Shown piece after piece: positions 8,716 through 16,557 of a stretch of DNA of 23,235 bases. The stretch lies in the NCBI GenBank assembly GCA_039803745.1, contig JBDRZD010000030.1, positions 1 to 23,235 on the forward strand, in the 5' to 3' direction. Position 1 is the stretch's first letter, and the number at the start of each line of letters is the position of its first letter. Below the pieces are notes generated by a model. That model was not told the DNA's origin, did not search any database, and was given only the letters and a program-made list of their open reading frames with translations. A program made the position numbers and the translations under genes. The stretch comes from a candidate division WOR-3 bacterium (GTDB lineage Bacteria; Hydrothermota; Hydrothermia; Hydrothermales; Hydrothermaceae).

Positions 8716-10581
8716 ATGAATTTTTTAATCATAATAACTCTATTTTATGATTGGTTTTATAGAGATTATACAAATGCTTTAATTGAAGAGGGAAGATGTA
8801 AAGAATACTTTGAAAAGAAGATTAAGATAGATACTCTTTCAAATCCTTTTTATCATTTTAAAATAGCCTTTGATTTGGAAAGAAAGGGTCTATTCTTAGA
8901 ATCAATTGAAAGATTAAAAAAGGCAATTTCTCTTTCACAAAATAATATTTCATATCTTGTGAGATTTTATATAGTTTCTCTTGAAAAAAAGAATAAGAGC
9001 TTTGAAGAAAAATTGAGAGAGGCTCTTATTTTTTTAAGGGAGAAGAATGAATGGGACGGCATATATTTTTTATCTGCGTATTTGCTCTCTCTCTCAAAGG
9101 ATGCGTTCTCTTTCCGAGAAAAAGAATTTTTCCTAAAAGAATCTATTTTATTCTCTCCGGATTTTTATCCTGCTTATACTCAGATGATAAAAATGTATAT
9201 TGAAGAATTTAAATTTTTTAAAGCAATTGAAAGCGTATTGGAATTTACAGGTCTTATTTTTAAAAGCACATTTTTAAGGAAGTTTTTATTTCTCATTTTT
9301 ATTAAACTATTTTTTTTCTCCTTTTATTATTTCTTAATTATGTTTACAATTGGAAAAATAATATCTTATTCAGGATGCGAAACAATTTATTTAAAAAAAT
9401 TTTTTAAAACTCCTTTCCCTTTCCTTTTACTTTTTGAAATAATATTTATCCTTTTGGCTATTCCATCCCCTTTTCATCTTATTTTACTTTTTCCCCTTTA
9501 TCCATTTTTTAAGAGAAAAGAAAAAATACTTTTTTTATTTTTTGTTTTGATAGTATTAAGTATATTTTATTGGGGGAATTTAGAAAGTGGAATAGAAAAA
9601 TATTATCACAAGGAAAATTATCCTTTATTTTTAAAAAGATTTCAAAATATCCCCTCTTCTAAAAAAATTTTAATGAGCTTAAAAGAGGAAAATGTTTTTG
9701 AGGCAAACTTAAAAGGAATTTTAATTTTCAAAGAAAAAGGAGTAGATAGTGCATTATATTATTTTAAAAAACTTCTTAAAAATAATCCTGATGATCCGTA
9801 CATCCTTTTAAATATTGGGAATATATATTATTTTAAAAATAACTATGACTCAGCAGATTTTTATTATAAAAATTCCTTACAAAAAAAACCTGAATTTTAT
9901 GAAGCCCATTTTAACATAGCACAGGTGAGTTTTAAAAAATTTGATTTATACTCCTATGAAACCAAAATGAGGGAGGCTCAGGAAATAAACTATCATGAGG
10001 CAATAAAAAAGACTTTTAGAATAAAAGAATATGGAGCGCAAGAAGTGTTTTGGGGTATCCATGATGTTATAAATAAAAAAATAAGTGTAAAAGGAGAAAT
10101 AGAAAGACTTTATGCTTTCCCTGTTTCTGCTATTTTTTCAATTTTCTTATTTATAGCAATTATATTTTTGTTTAGAAGAAAAAAAGAGATTCTTTCCTGT
10201 CATGCCTGTGGAAAATTTTGCCATGATATTTTTAAAATTGAGCCAAATTTTGAAGTATGTGATATATGTGCACAGGAAATTTTGAAAACAGAATCTCTTA
10301 AGATAAGGGAAAGGATTTTTAATAAAATAAGGATAGAAAATATACTGAGAAAAAGGCTTTTAATATTAATTTTAAATCTATTTATACCTTCAATTGGTTT
10401 TTTATATTCTGGCAGCCATATCCTTTTTATAATTTCTTATATTTTCTTATTCATTGGATTTTATACAGCGATAATTTTAAAGGTTAATATTTTATGGATA
10501 ATTTTTTATATGCTTTATCTTGTTATTTTTGTTTTCCCCTATTATTACTTTAAGGAGGTGAAAATTGGCACTTCAAGGTGA
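8716..10581 (+). CDS. Multi-pass membrane protein with TPR repeats, a Cys-rich putative Zn finger and C-terminal TM helices
   Basis: TPR signatures (ILLNIGNIYYFKNNYDSADFYYKNSLQKKPEFYEAHFNIAQV), several hydrophobic segments, CHACGKFC...CDIC, and TM2-like LNLFIPSIGFLYSG. Confidence 0.75.
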   Translation: MNFLIIITLFYDWFYRDYTNALIEEGRCKEYFEKKIKIDTLSNPFYHFKIAFDLERKGLFLESIERLKKAISLSQNNISYLVRFYIVSLEKKNKSFEEKLREALIFLREKNEWDGIYFLSAYLLSLSKDAFSFREKEFFLKESILFSPDFYPAYTQMIKMYIEEFKFFKAIESVLEFTGLIFKSTFLRKFLFLIFIKLFFFSFYYFLIMFTIGKIISYSGCETIYLKKFFKTPFPFLLLFEIIFILLAIPSPFHLILLFPLYPFFKRKEKILFLFFVLIVLSIFYWGNLESGIEKYYHKENYPLFLKRFQNIPSSKKILMSLKEENVFEANLKGILIFKEKGVDSALYYFKKLLKNNPDDPYILLNIGNIYYFKNNYDSADFYYKNSLQKKPEFYEAHFNIAQVSFKKFDLYSYETKMREAQEINYHEAIKKTFRIKEYGAQEVFWGIHDVINKKISVKGEIERLYAFPVSAIFSIFLFIAIIFLFRRKKEILSCHACGKFCHDIFKIEPNFEVCDICAQEILKTESLKIRERIFNKIRIENILRKRLLILILNLFIPSIGFLYSGSHILFIISYIFLFIGFYTAIILKVNILWIIFYMLYLVIFVFPYYYFKEVKIGTSR

Positions 10582-10664
10582 ATTCCATATGAGAAGGGTT
10601 TTTATGAATTTTTATATTTCTTTTCCATTCAGGAGGTGAAAATTGGCGCTCCAGGGTAAATTCC
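10553..10664 (+). repeat. Imperfect 34-bp direct repeat (10553-10586 and 10631-10664), period 78 bp, each copy an SD plus TTG start plus MALQG(E/K)F
   Basis: AGGAGGTGAAAATTGGCACTTCAAGGTGAATTCC versus AGGAGGTGAAAATTGGCGCTCCAGGGTAAATTCC, 30/34 identical. Confidence 0.9.
10565..10639 (+). pseudogene. 24-codon small ORF MALQGEFHMRRVFMNFYISFPFRR; remnant of a DUF4388 gene start or an upstream leader ORF
   Basis: Has its own strong SD and TTG start. Six of the first 7 residues match the downstream DUF4388 protein. It stops at the TGA inside the second SD. Confidence 0.5.
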
Positions 10665-11575
10665 CCCATGATGTTGAACTTGTTACACTTATTCAATCAA
10701 TCTATTTTGATAAAAAAACAGGTGTTCTTTATCTTACAAAAGAAAAGGATGAAGCAGCTATTGGTTTTGAAGAAGGGTATGTGGTTGCCTCTTATATTAT
10801 AAGAAAGGGAGAATTTGAAACACTTCCCCGTTATCTTGTTCTTTCAGGAAGAGTGCGAGAAGATATAATAAAAGAAGCTGAAAAAGAGAGCCAAAAAAGA
10901 AATTTAGGGGTTGAGGAAATTCTTCTGGAGGAGGGAATTATTACAAAGGATGAACTTGAAAAAATAATAATTTTTAAGATTGAAGAGGTAATTGATGAAA
11001 TTCTAACATGGAAAGAAGGTAATTTTTATTTTGTTCCCGAAGACAGAATTTACAAATTTTCAAAAATAAAAGTAAAAATTGATCCTCAGTACCTTTTAAT
11101 GGAAGCCATGAGAAGGCAAGGGGAGCTTTTGAAGATGAGGAAAAGGATTCCTTCAGAAAATTTAATCCCTTTTCCAAAAGATATTCCTGAGATAGATATT
11201 GAACTTTCAAAGGAGGAGATTAAAGTTCTTGAACTTGTTGATGGAGAGAAAAATATTAATGAAATTGCAGAAAGAAGCGGAATAGGAAGATTCAAAACTT
11301 TTGAAGCTCTTTATCATCTTCTTGAAATGGGATGGATAGATTTAAGAGAAAAAGAGAAACTTATTCCTTTAAAAAAAGAAGAAATACATTTCCCCGAGTT
11401 AAAATTCTATGAGAAGAAAAGATTTCTTTATATAGTAAGTGGAATAATCTTAGCATTTTTCTTATTTTTTTCTTTTTATTTTGGCCTATTTTTTAAAAAC
11501 ATTAAAACCCTTAAATTCATTCCAGATATATTTGATGAGGAAAAAAAAGTAGCAGAGTTTTTATGGAAAAGATAA
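10643..11575 (+). CDS. DUF4388 (PatA_N-like) protein with an MshEN-like insert, a winged-helix-like region and a C-terminal TM anchor
   Basis: MALQG...L..LIQ.I...KKTG.L......I.F..G.VV start; W.EG.F.F and LLMEAMRR; wHTH-like LELVDGEKNINEIAERSGIGRFKTFEALYHLLEMGWI; TM FLYIVSGIILAFFLFFSFYFGLFF; SD AGGAGGTG plus TTG start. Confidence 0.85.
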   Translation: MALQGKFPHDVELVTLIQSIYFDKKTGVLYLTKEKDEAAIGFEEGYVVASYIIRKGEFETLPRYLVLSGRVREDIIKEAEKESQKRNLGVEEILLEEGIITKDELEKIIIFKIEEVIDEILTWKEGNFYFVPEDRIYKFSKIKVKIDPQYLLMEAMRRQGELLKMRKRIPSENLIPFPKDIPEIDIELSKEEIKVLELVDGEKNINEIAERSGIGRFKTFEALYHLLEMGWIDLREKEKLIPLKKEEIHFPELKFYEKKRFLYIVSGIILAFFLFFSFYFGLFFKNIKTLKFIPDIFDEEKKVAEFLWKR

Positions 11576-12270
11576 AAGTTGGGTGCTGTGGTTTTCCCTG
11601 TAAAAAAGAAGCCTATTATAAAAATTTTGAATGTGTTGAAATCCAGCAGACTTTTTATTCGATTCCGGAAATTAAAACTGCTTTAAAATGGAAAGTAGAA
11701 GCACCAAAAGATTTTGTATTTACTTTAAAAGCTCCACAACATATAACTCATTTACCTTCTTCTCCAACTTATAGAAGGTGTAAAAAGGATTATGGAAAAA
11801 GAGAAAATTATGGATTTTTTAAAAATACGGATGAAATAAAAAGGGCTTATGAAGATTTAAGAGAATTTGCTTTAAATCTTAATGCAAAATATATTTTATT
11901 TCAAACCCCTTTTTCTTTTAAACCAGAAGAAGAAAATTTTTTAAATTTGATTAAATTCTTTAAAGAAAGGGAAAAAGAACCTTTTATTTTTGTATTAGAA
12001 TTAAGGGGATGGGGAAAAGAGGATATTCAAAAGATTTTAAAAGAGATAAGTTTTATCCACTGTGTTGATCCTTTTAAAGAAGAAGAAATTACAGAAGGAA
12101 TAATTTATTGGAGATTGCATGGCAAAAAGGGTTATAATTATAAATACAGTGATGATGAATTGAAAGAACTCCTTCAGATGTCAAAAAATAAAAAGGGTTT
12201 TATATTTTTTAATAATGTTTATATGATGGATGATGCTTTAAGATTTAAAGAATTTTATGAAAAAGGATAG
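11563..12270 (+). CDS. DUF72 family protein
   Basis: KVGCCGF, VEIQQTFY, W...AP..F.FTLKAPQ.ITH, LFQTP.SF, ELRGW, Y.RLHG, YSDDEL and FFNN motifs. Confidence 0.9.
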   Translation: MEKIKVGCCGFPCKKEAYYKNFECVEIQQTFYSIPEIKTALKWKVEAPKDFVFTLKAPQHITHLPSSPTYRRCKKDYGKRENYGFFKNTDEIKRAYEDLREFALNLNAKYILFQTPFSFKPEEENFLNLIKFFKEREKEPFIFVLELRGWGKEDIQKILKEISFIHCVDPFKEEEITEGIIYWRLHGKKGYNYKYSDDELKELLQMSKNKKGFIFFNNVYMMDDALRFKEFYEKG

Positions 12271-13303
12271 ATTTGCAGTTATAATAGCAGGTGGAAAAGG
12301 TGAAAGACTATGGCCTATTTCAACATCAAAAATTCCTAAGCCATTTATAAAAATTTTTGAAAAGAGTTTAATAGAACTTACCTATGAGAGGCTTTTAAAA
12401 ATCTTTTATAAAGAAAATATTTTTTTTACTATCCCAAAATCTTTAAAAAAATTAATAAGAAAAATTATAAAGGAAGATAGAATTATTGTTGAACCAGAAG
12501 GCAAAAATACTTTTCCTGCATGCATCTATTCAACCCATTTTATAAGAAATTTAAATAAAGATGCTAAAGTCGGGATATTTCCTGCAGACCATTTAATAAA
12601 AAATGAGGAAGAATTTATAAAGGCAATTGAAAACGGATTTGAAATGTGCGAAGAAGGATTTATAATTACCTTTGGAATAAAACCCACAAGACCTGAAACA
12701 GGCTATGGTTATATTGAGATAAATGAAAAAATAAATGAAAAAGAACCTTTTATTTATAAAGTTAAAAAGTTTCATGAAAAACCGCCTTTGGAAACTGCAA
12801 AGAAATATATTGAAGAAAGAAGATTTTTCTGGAATTCAGGTATTTTTTTATGGGATTCAAATTTTTTCTTTGAAGAGATTAAAAATTTAAGAAAAGAGGT
12901 TTATAAAATCTATGAAGAAACTCTTTTAAAGAAAAAGAATATAAAGGAGTTTTATGAAAAAATAGAGGCAGACTCAATAGATTATGGTCTTCTTGAACAT
13001 AGTAAAAATATAGCATGCTGTGTTTCCAATTTCCTCTGGGAAGATCTTGGTTCCTTTTTATCCTTTGAAAATGTTTTTGATAAAGATGAAAATGAAAATG
13101 TAAAAATAGGAAATGTTTTTGTTTTTAATTCTTATGGTAATATAATTTTTTCAAAAGATAAAATTACTGTTTGTAAAGATATAAAAGATATAATCATAGT
13201 AAATACAAGAGATATTACTCTTATTATTCCAAAGCATGCTTCTCAAAGTGTTAAAGAGATTTTAAAAGAGTTAAAAAATCATATTCCTAAAAAATATTTT
13301 TAA
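12257..13303 (+). CDS. manC: Mannose-1-phosphate guanylyltransferase (no C-terminal PMI cupin domain)
   Basis: IIAGGKGERLWP.S...PKPF, EP.GKNT, PADH, FGIKPTRPETGYGYI, F.EKP, WNSGIF, SIDYG and W.DLGS motifs. Confidence 0.93.
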   Translation: MKKDRFAVIIAGGKGERLWPISTSKIPKPFIKIFEKSLIELTYERLLKIFYKENIFFTIPKSLKKLIRKIIKEDRIIVEPEGKNTFPACIYSTHFIRNLNKDAKVGIFPADHLIKNEEEFIKAIENGFEMCEEGFIITFGIKPTRPETGYGYIEINEKINEKEPFIYKVKKFHEKPPLETAKKYIEERRFFWNSGIFLWDSNFFFEEIKNLRKEVYKIYEETLLKKKNIKEFYEKIEADSIDYGLLEHSKNIACCVSNFLWEDLGSFLSFENVFDKDENENVKIGNVFVFNSYGNIIFSKDKITVCKDIKDIIIVNTRDITLIIPKHASQSVKEILKELKNHIPKKYF

Positions 13304-13304
13304 A

Positions 13305-14090
13305 ATGATAGAATATATAATAAAGGCTTGTGAGGAAAGTGGAGAATTTTTAATGAAGAATTTTAAAAATATAAAAAAGGTAAAAAGGAAAAAGGAATTT
13401 GATTTTGTTAGTGAAGTTGATTTTGAAAGCGAAAGGATTATAAAAAATGAACTTCAAAGATCTTTTCCTGATGTTCCATTTATAGGTGAAGAAACTTTTA
13501 AAAAAGAAAAATTACCAGAAAGATTCTTTATAGTTGACCCCCTTGACGGAACAGCGAATTATATAAGAGGGATTCCAAATTTTTCAATCTCCTGTGCATA
13601 TGTGGAAAATATGGAAGTAAAAGCAGGTTGTGTTTATTTACCCTTTTATAAGGATTTTTATTGGGCTGTAAAGAATAAAGGTGCATACAAAAATGGCAAG
13701 AGGATATATACAAGTAAAAGAAAGAATTTAAAGGATTCTCTTATTGCAACGGGTTTTCCTTTCAGAAATAAAGAACTTACTCAAAAATATAGTGAAATAT
13801 TTAAAATAATTTTTCCCAAAATAATTGATTTAAGAAGAATGGGTTCTGCTGCACAAGACCTTGTTTATGTTGCGGAAGGAATATATGATGGATTTTTTGA
13901 ATACAGGCTATCATTCTGGGATATTGCTGCAGGTTCTTTGATTGTAAAAGAAGCAGGAGGCATTGTGAGTGATTTTGATGGAACAGATAATTATAAATTT
14001 TCAGGAAATATAATTGCTTCAAATAAATTTATATATCCCCTTCTTTTTGAAATTTTAAAAGGTTTCTCTCTAAAATTAAATTCTCAATGA
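13305..14090 (+). CDS. suhB: Inositol monophosphatase family protein
   Basis: DFVSEVD..SE, GEE, DPLDGTANY, TGFP, RRMGSAA.DL and WDIAAG.LIV.EAGG motifs. Confidence 0.92.
   Translation: MIEYIIKACEESGEFLMKNFKNIKKVKRKKEFDFVSEVDFESERIIKNELQRSFPDVPFIGEETFKKEKLPERFFIVDPLDGTANYIRGIPNFSISCAYVENMEVKAGCVYLPFYKDFYWAVKNKGAYKNGKRIYTSKRKNLKDSLIATGFPFRNKELTQKYSEIFKIIFPKIIDLRRMGSAAQDLVYVAEGIYDGFFEYRLSFWDIAAGSLIVKEAGGIVSDFDGTDNYKFSGNIIASNKFIYPLLFEILKGFSLKLNSQ
14047..14076 (+). promoter_or_regulatory. Internal sigma70-type promoter for the V/A-ATPase genes, inside the 3' end of suhB
   Basis: TTGAAA (14047-14052), 18-nt spacer, TAAAAT (14071-14076); ATG at 14087 10 nt later; no SD. Confidence 0.55.
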
Positions 14091-14410
14091 AAAAGAAGGC
14101 TTTTGAATTTATTTTAGAAGAAGAAGAAAAATTTAAGAAGGAAATTGAAGAGGCTGAAAAAGAAAAAGAGAAAATTGTATTGAATACAAAAAAAGAGATA
14201 GAGGAAGAAAGAGAAAAATTTTTGAAATATATTCAAAGTAAAAAAATTGAATGGCTTTCTGAAGGGATAAGTGAAATAGAAAAAAAGTGTGAAAGGTTAA
14301 GAATTGAGAATGAAGATAAAATTAAGGAAATTGAAAAGATTTATTTTAAGAAAAAAGAAGAAATAATTGAAAAAATATTGAATTATATTATAAAAAAATA
14401 TGGCGATTGA
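14087..14410 (+). CDS. V/A-type ATP synthase peripheral stalk subunit G (H)
   Basis: 107-aa E/K-rich coiled coil directly upstream of subunit I; call is based on position and composition. Confidence 0.75.
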   Translation: MKKKAFEFILEEEEKFKKEIEEAEKEKEKIVLNTKKEIEEEREKFLKYIQSKKIEWLSEGISEIEKKCERLRIENEDKIKEIEKIYFKKKEEIIEKILNYIIKKYGD

Positions 14411-16235
14411 GAGAATGAAAAAAATATTTATAATTGGAGAAAAAGAAATTGTTGATGAATTACTTAAATTTGTTCAAGAAAAAAATATTTTTCATGTAAA
14501 TTTTATAAATGAAAGTGGTAAGAATTTGAACACTTCAGAAGAAGAAAGGAGAAAAAGTGTGATTAAACTTCTTGAAAGTTGTAAAGATTTTGAAAAAAAA
14601 GTTAAGAATATTTTTGAATACGAAAAGTTGCCAGAAGAAATAGAGAAAATAGAAAGGAAGATTTTAAATATTATAAAAAATTATAAAAAAATAAATGAAA
14701 AGAGAAAAGAGAAAGAGAGGGAATACTCTCTTTATGAAAGGTATTATGAAATAATAGAATATTTTTTACCCTTTTTAGAAGAAAAAAAGGACAAGGAAAT
14801 TTTTGGGGTAATGGTTCCCAAGGGAGAAGAAGTTAGTTTAAGAAGAATTATTTTAAGAATAAAAAAAGAATTTGATTTTAAAATTATCTCAAAAGATTTT
14901 AAGGAATATAAAGGCTATATATTTATTATAGATAAAGAGAATTTTGATAAATTAAGGGAATTTTTAACTTCCGAAGGTTTTCCAGAAATTGTCTTTCCAG
15001 AAGAAATAAGGGAGATGGGTTTCAAAAGTGCCCTTAATTATTTAAAAGATAAATTAAAAAGTATTCCGGAAGATATAAAAAGTTTAAAGGATGATGAAGA
15101 AAAACTCATTTTAGAAAATAGTAAGTTTTTGAAAAGCAGTATAGATTTTTTAAGGGATTTATATGGATATTATGAAGTTAAGGAAAGAGGAATATTATTT
15201 ACAGAATATCTCTTTTATATTGAGGGTTATATTCCCTTTAAGGAATATGAGAGTTTTAAAAAAGAACTGGATGAGAGTTTCCCAAAAAAGGTAATTTTAA
15301 TTGAAGAGAAACTTACGCCTCACGAATTTGAGGAAGTCCCTGTTAAACTTAAAAATAAAATTCCTTTTAAATATTTCCAGACATTAATAGAATTCTTTTC
15401 TTTGCCAAAATATGGAACAATAGACCCTTCACCATTTCTTTTTATTTTTTTCCCTATTTATTTTGGTTTTATGCTTGGTGATATTGGTTATGGCCTCCTC
15501 TTTTTTTTATTATTTATTTTTCTTTACCATAAATCTAAATCTCCTCTCTTAAAAAATTTTTCAATTATTTTTATATTCTGCAACCTATGGACTATAATAT
15601 TTGGATTTATATATGGTGAAATGTTTGGTAATTTAGGTGAAAAAATTGGTTTGCATCCATATTTTCATAGAATAGAAAAACCAGAAACTTTGCTTTCAAT
15701 ATCAATAATTTTTGGAATAGGAGAGGTAAGTTTGGGTCTTTTTCTTGGATTTTTAAATAAAATGAGATTGAAACATTTAAAACATGCTCTAACAAATCTT
15801 TTCATGTTATTTGGACTTTGGTCCCTTCTTTTACTTGGTGCAAGTTTTTTAAATTTAATTCCTAAAAATTTTACAATATATTTAATTTTATTATTCCTGC
15901 TATTTGCAATTCTCTCTGCAATTTTCCATGGAGTAGTAGCACCTGTAGAAATATTTTCTTCCTTTGCACATGTTCTTTCTTTTGCCCGTTTGATGGCAAT
16001 AGGTCTTTCCTCTGCAATTATACCAATAATTGCTAATTCCTTTAAAGACCTTTTCCCAATTATAATCATAGGAATATTTGCAATGCTTTTATTCCATATC
16101 CTTGCAATAATTCTTGGAATTTTTGATCCGACAATTCAAGGTTTGAGGCTTCAATTTGTTGAATTTTTTACAAAATTTTATGAGGCAGGAGGTAAGGAAT
16201 ATAAACCATTTTTAAAAAGATTTAAAGGAGGTTAA
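14400..16235 (+). CDS. ntpI: V/A-type ATP synthase subunit I (a)
   Basis: P.KLKN..PF..F, PKYG.IDP, FGFMLGDIGYG, YGEMFG, essential Arg in SFARLMAIGLS, and LRLQFVEFFTKFY. Confidence 0.95.
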   Translation: MAIERMKKIFIIGEKEIVDELLKFVQEKNIFHVNFINESGKNLNTSEEERRKSVIKLLESCKDFEKKVKNIFEYEKLPEEIEKIERKILNIIKNYKKINEKRKEKEREYSLYERYYEIIEYFLPFLEEKKDKEIFGVMVPKGEEVSLRRIILRIKKEFDFKIISKDFKEYKGYIFIIDKENFDKLREFLTSEGFPEIVFPEEIREMGFKSALNYLKDKLKSIPEDIKSLKDDEEKLILENSKFLKSSIDFLRDLYGYYEVKERGILFTEYLFYIEGYIPFKEYESFKKELDESFPKKVILIEEKLTPHEFEEVPVKLKNKIPFKYFQTLIEFFSLPKYGTIDPSPFLFIFFPIYFGFMLGDIGYGLLFFLLFIFLYHKSKSPLLKNFSIIFIFCNLWTIIFGFIYGEMFGNLGEKIGLHPYFHRIEKPETLLSISIIFGIGEVSLGLFLGFLNKMRLKHLKHALTNLFMLFGLWSLLLLGASFLNLIPKNFTIYLILLFLLFAILSAIFHGVVAPVEIFSSFAHVLSFARLMAIGLSSAIIPIIANSFKDLFPIIIIGIFAMLLFHILAIILGIFDPTIQGLRLQFVEFFTKFYEAGGKEYKPFLKRFKGG

Positions 16236-16236
16236 A

Positions 16237-16557
16237 ATGAAAAAATTTTTATATGTAATAATGGGAATAATTTTAAACATGATTTCTTATTCTCTTCTTG
16301 TCGCACAGGAGGCTGCAGAAAAAATGCCAGAAGCTGTGAAGACTGCTAATCCTCTTGCCTATATTGGAGTTGCACTTAGTATAGGGATTCCCGCACTCGG
16401 GACTGCATGGGCTCAGGCAAAGATAGGGAGTGCAGGCGCAGGAACAATTGCTGAAAGACCCGAAATGGCGATATGGATTGTAATCCTTATCGCAATTCCT
16501 GAAACAGTTGTGATCCTCGGCTTTGTTATTGCCTTTATGCTCCTTTTAAGAATTTGA
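16237..16557 (+). CDS. ntpK: V/A-type ATP synthase subunit K (c), single hairpin with an N-terminal signal-like peptide
   Basis: ALGTAWAQAKIGSAGAGTIAERP and the carrier Glu in AIPETVVILGFVIA; SD AAGGAGG. Confidence 0.95.
   Translation: MKKFLYVIMGIILNMISYSLLVAQEAAEKMPEAVKTANPLAYIGVALSIGIPALGTAWAQAKIGSAGAGTIAERPEMAIWIVILIAIPETVVILGFVIAFMLLLRI

Noticed and set aside
10637..10639. In-frame UGA between the uORF and the DUF4388 gene as a selenocysteine or readthrough site
   Set aside because: The UGA is simply part of the AGGAGGTGA SD. No Cys-equivalent context or convincing SECIS hairpin is visible, and readthrough would duplicate the N-terminus.
10553..10664. Two 34-bp repeats with a 44-bp spacer as a mini CRISPR array or att site
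   Set aside because: Only two copies, the unit is an RBS plus coding start, divergence follows codon positions, and no cas or integrase gene is in the window.
12257..14090. manC plus suhB as a thermophile compatible-solute (mannosyl/di-myo-inositol phosphate) pathway
   Set aside because: No inositol-1-phosphate synthase, IPCT/DIPPS or mannosyltransferase gene in the window; adjacency alone is weak in such mixed operons.
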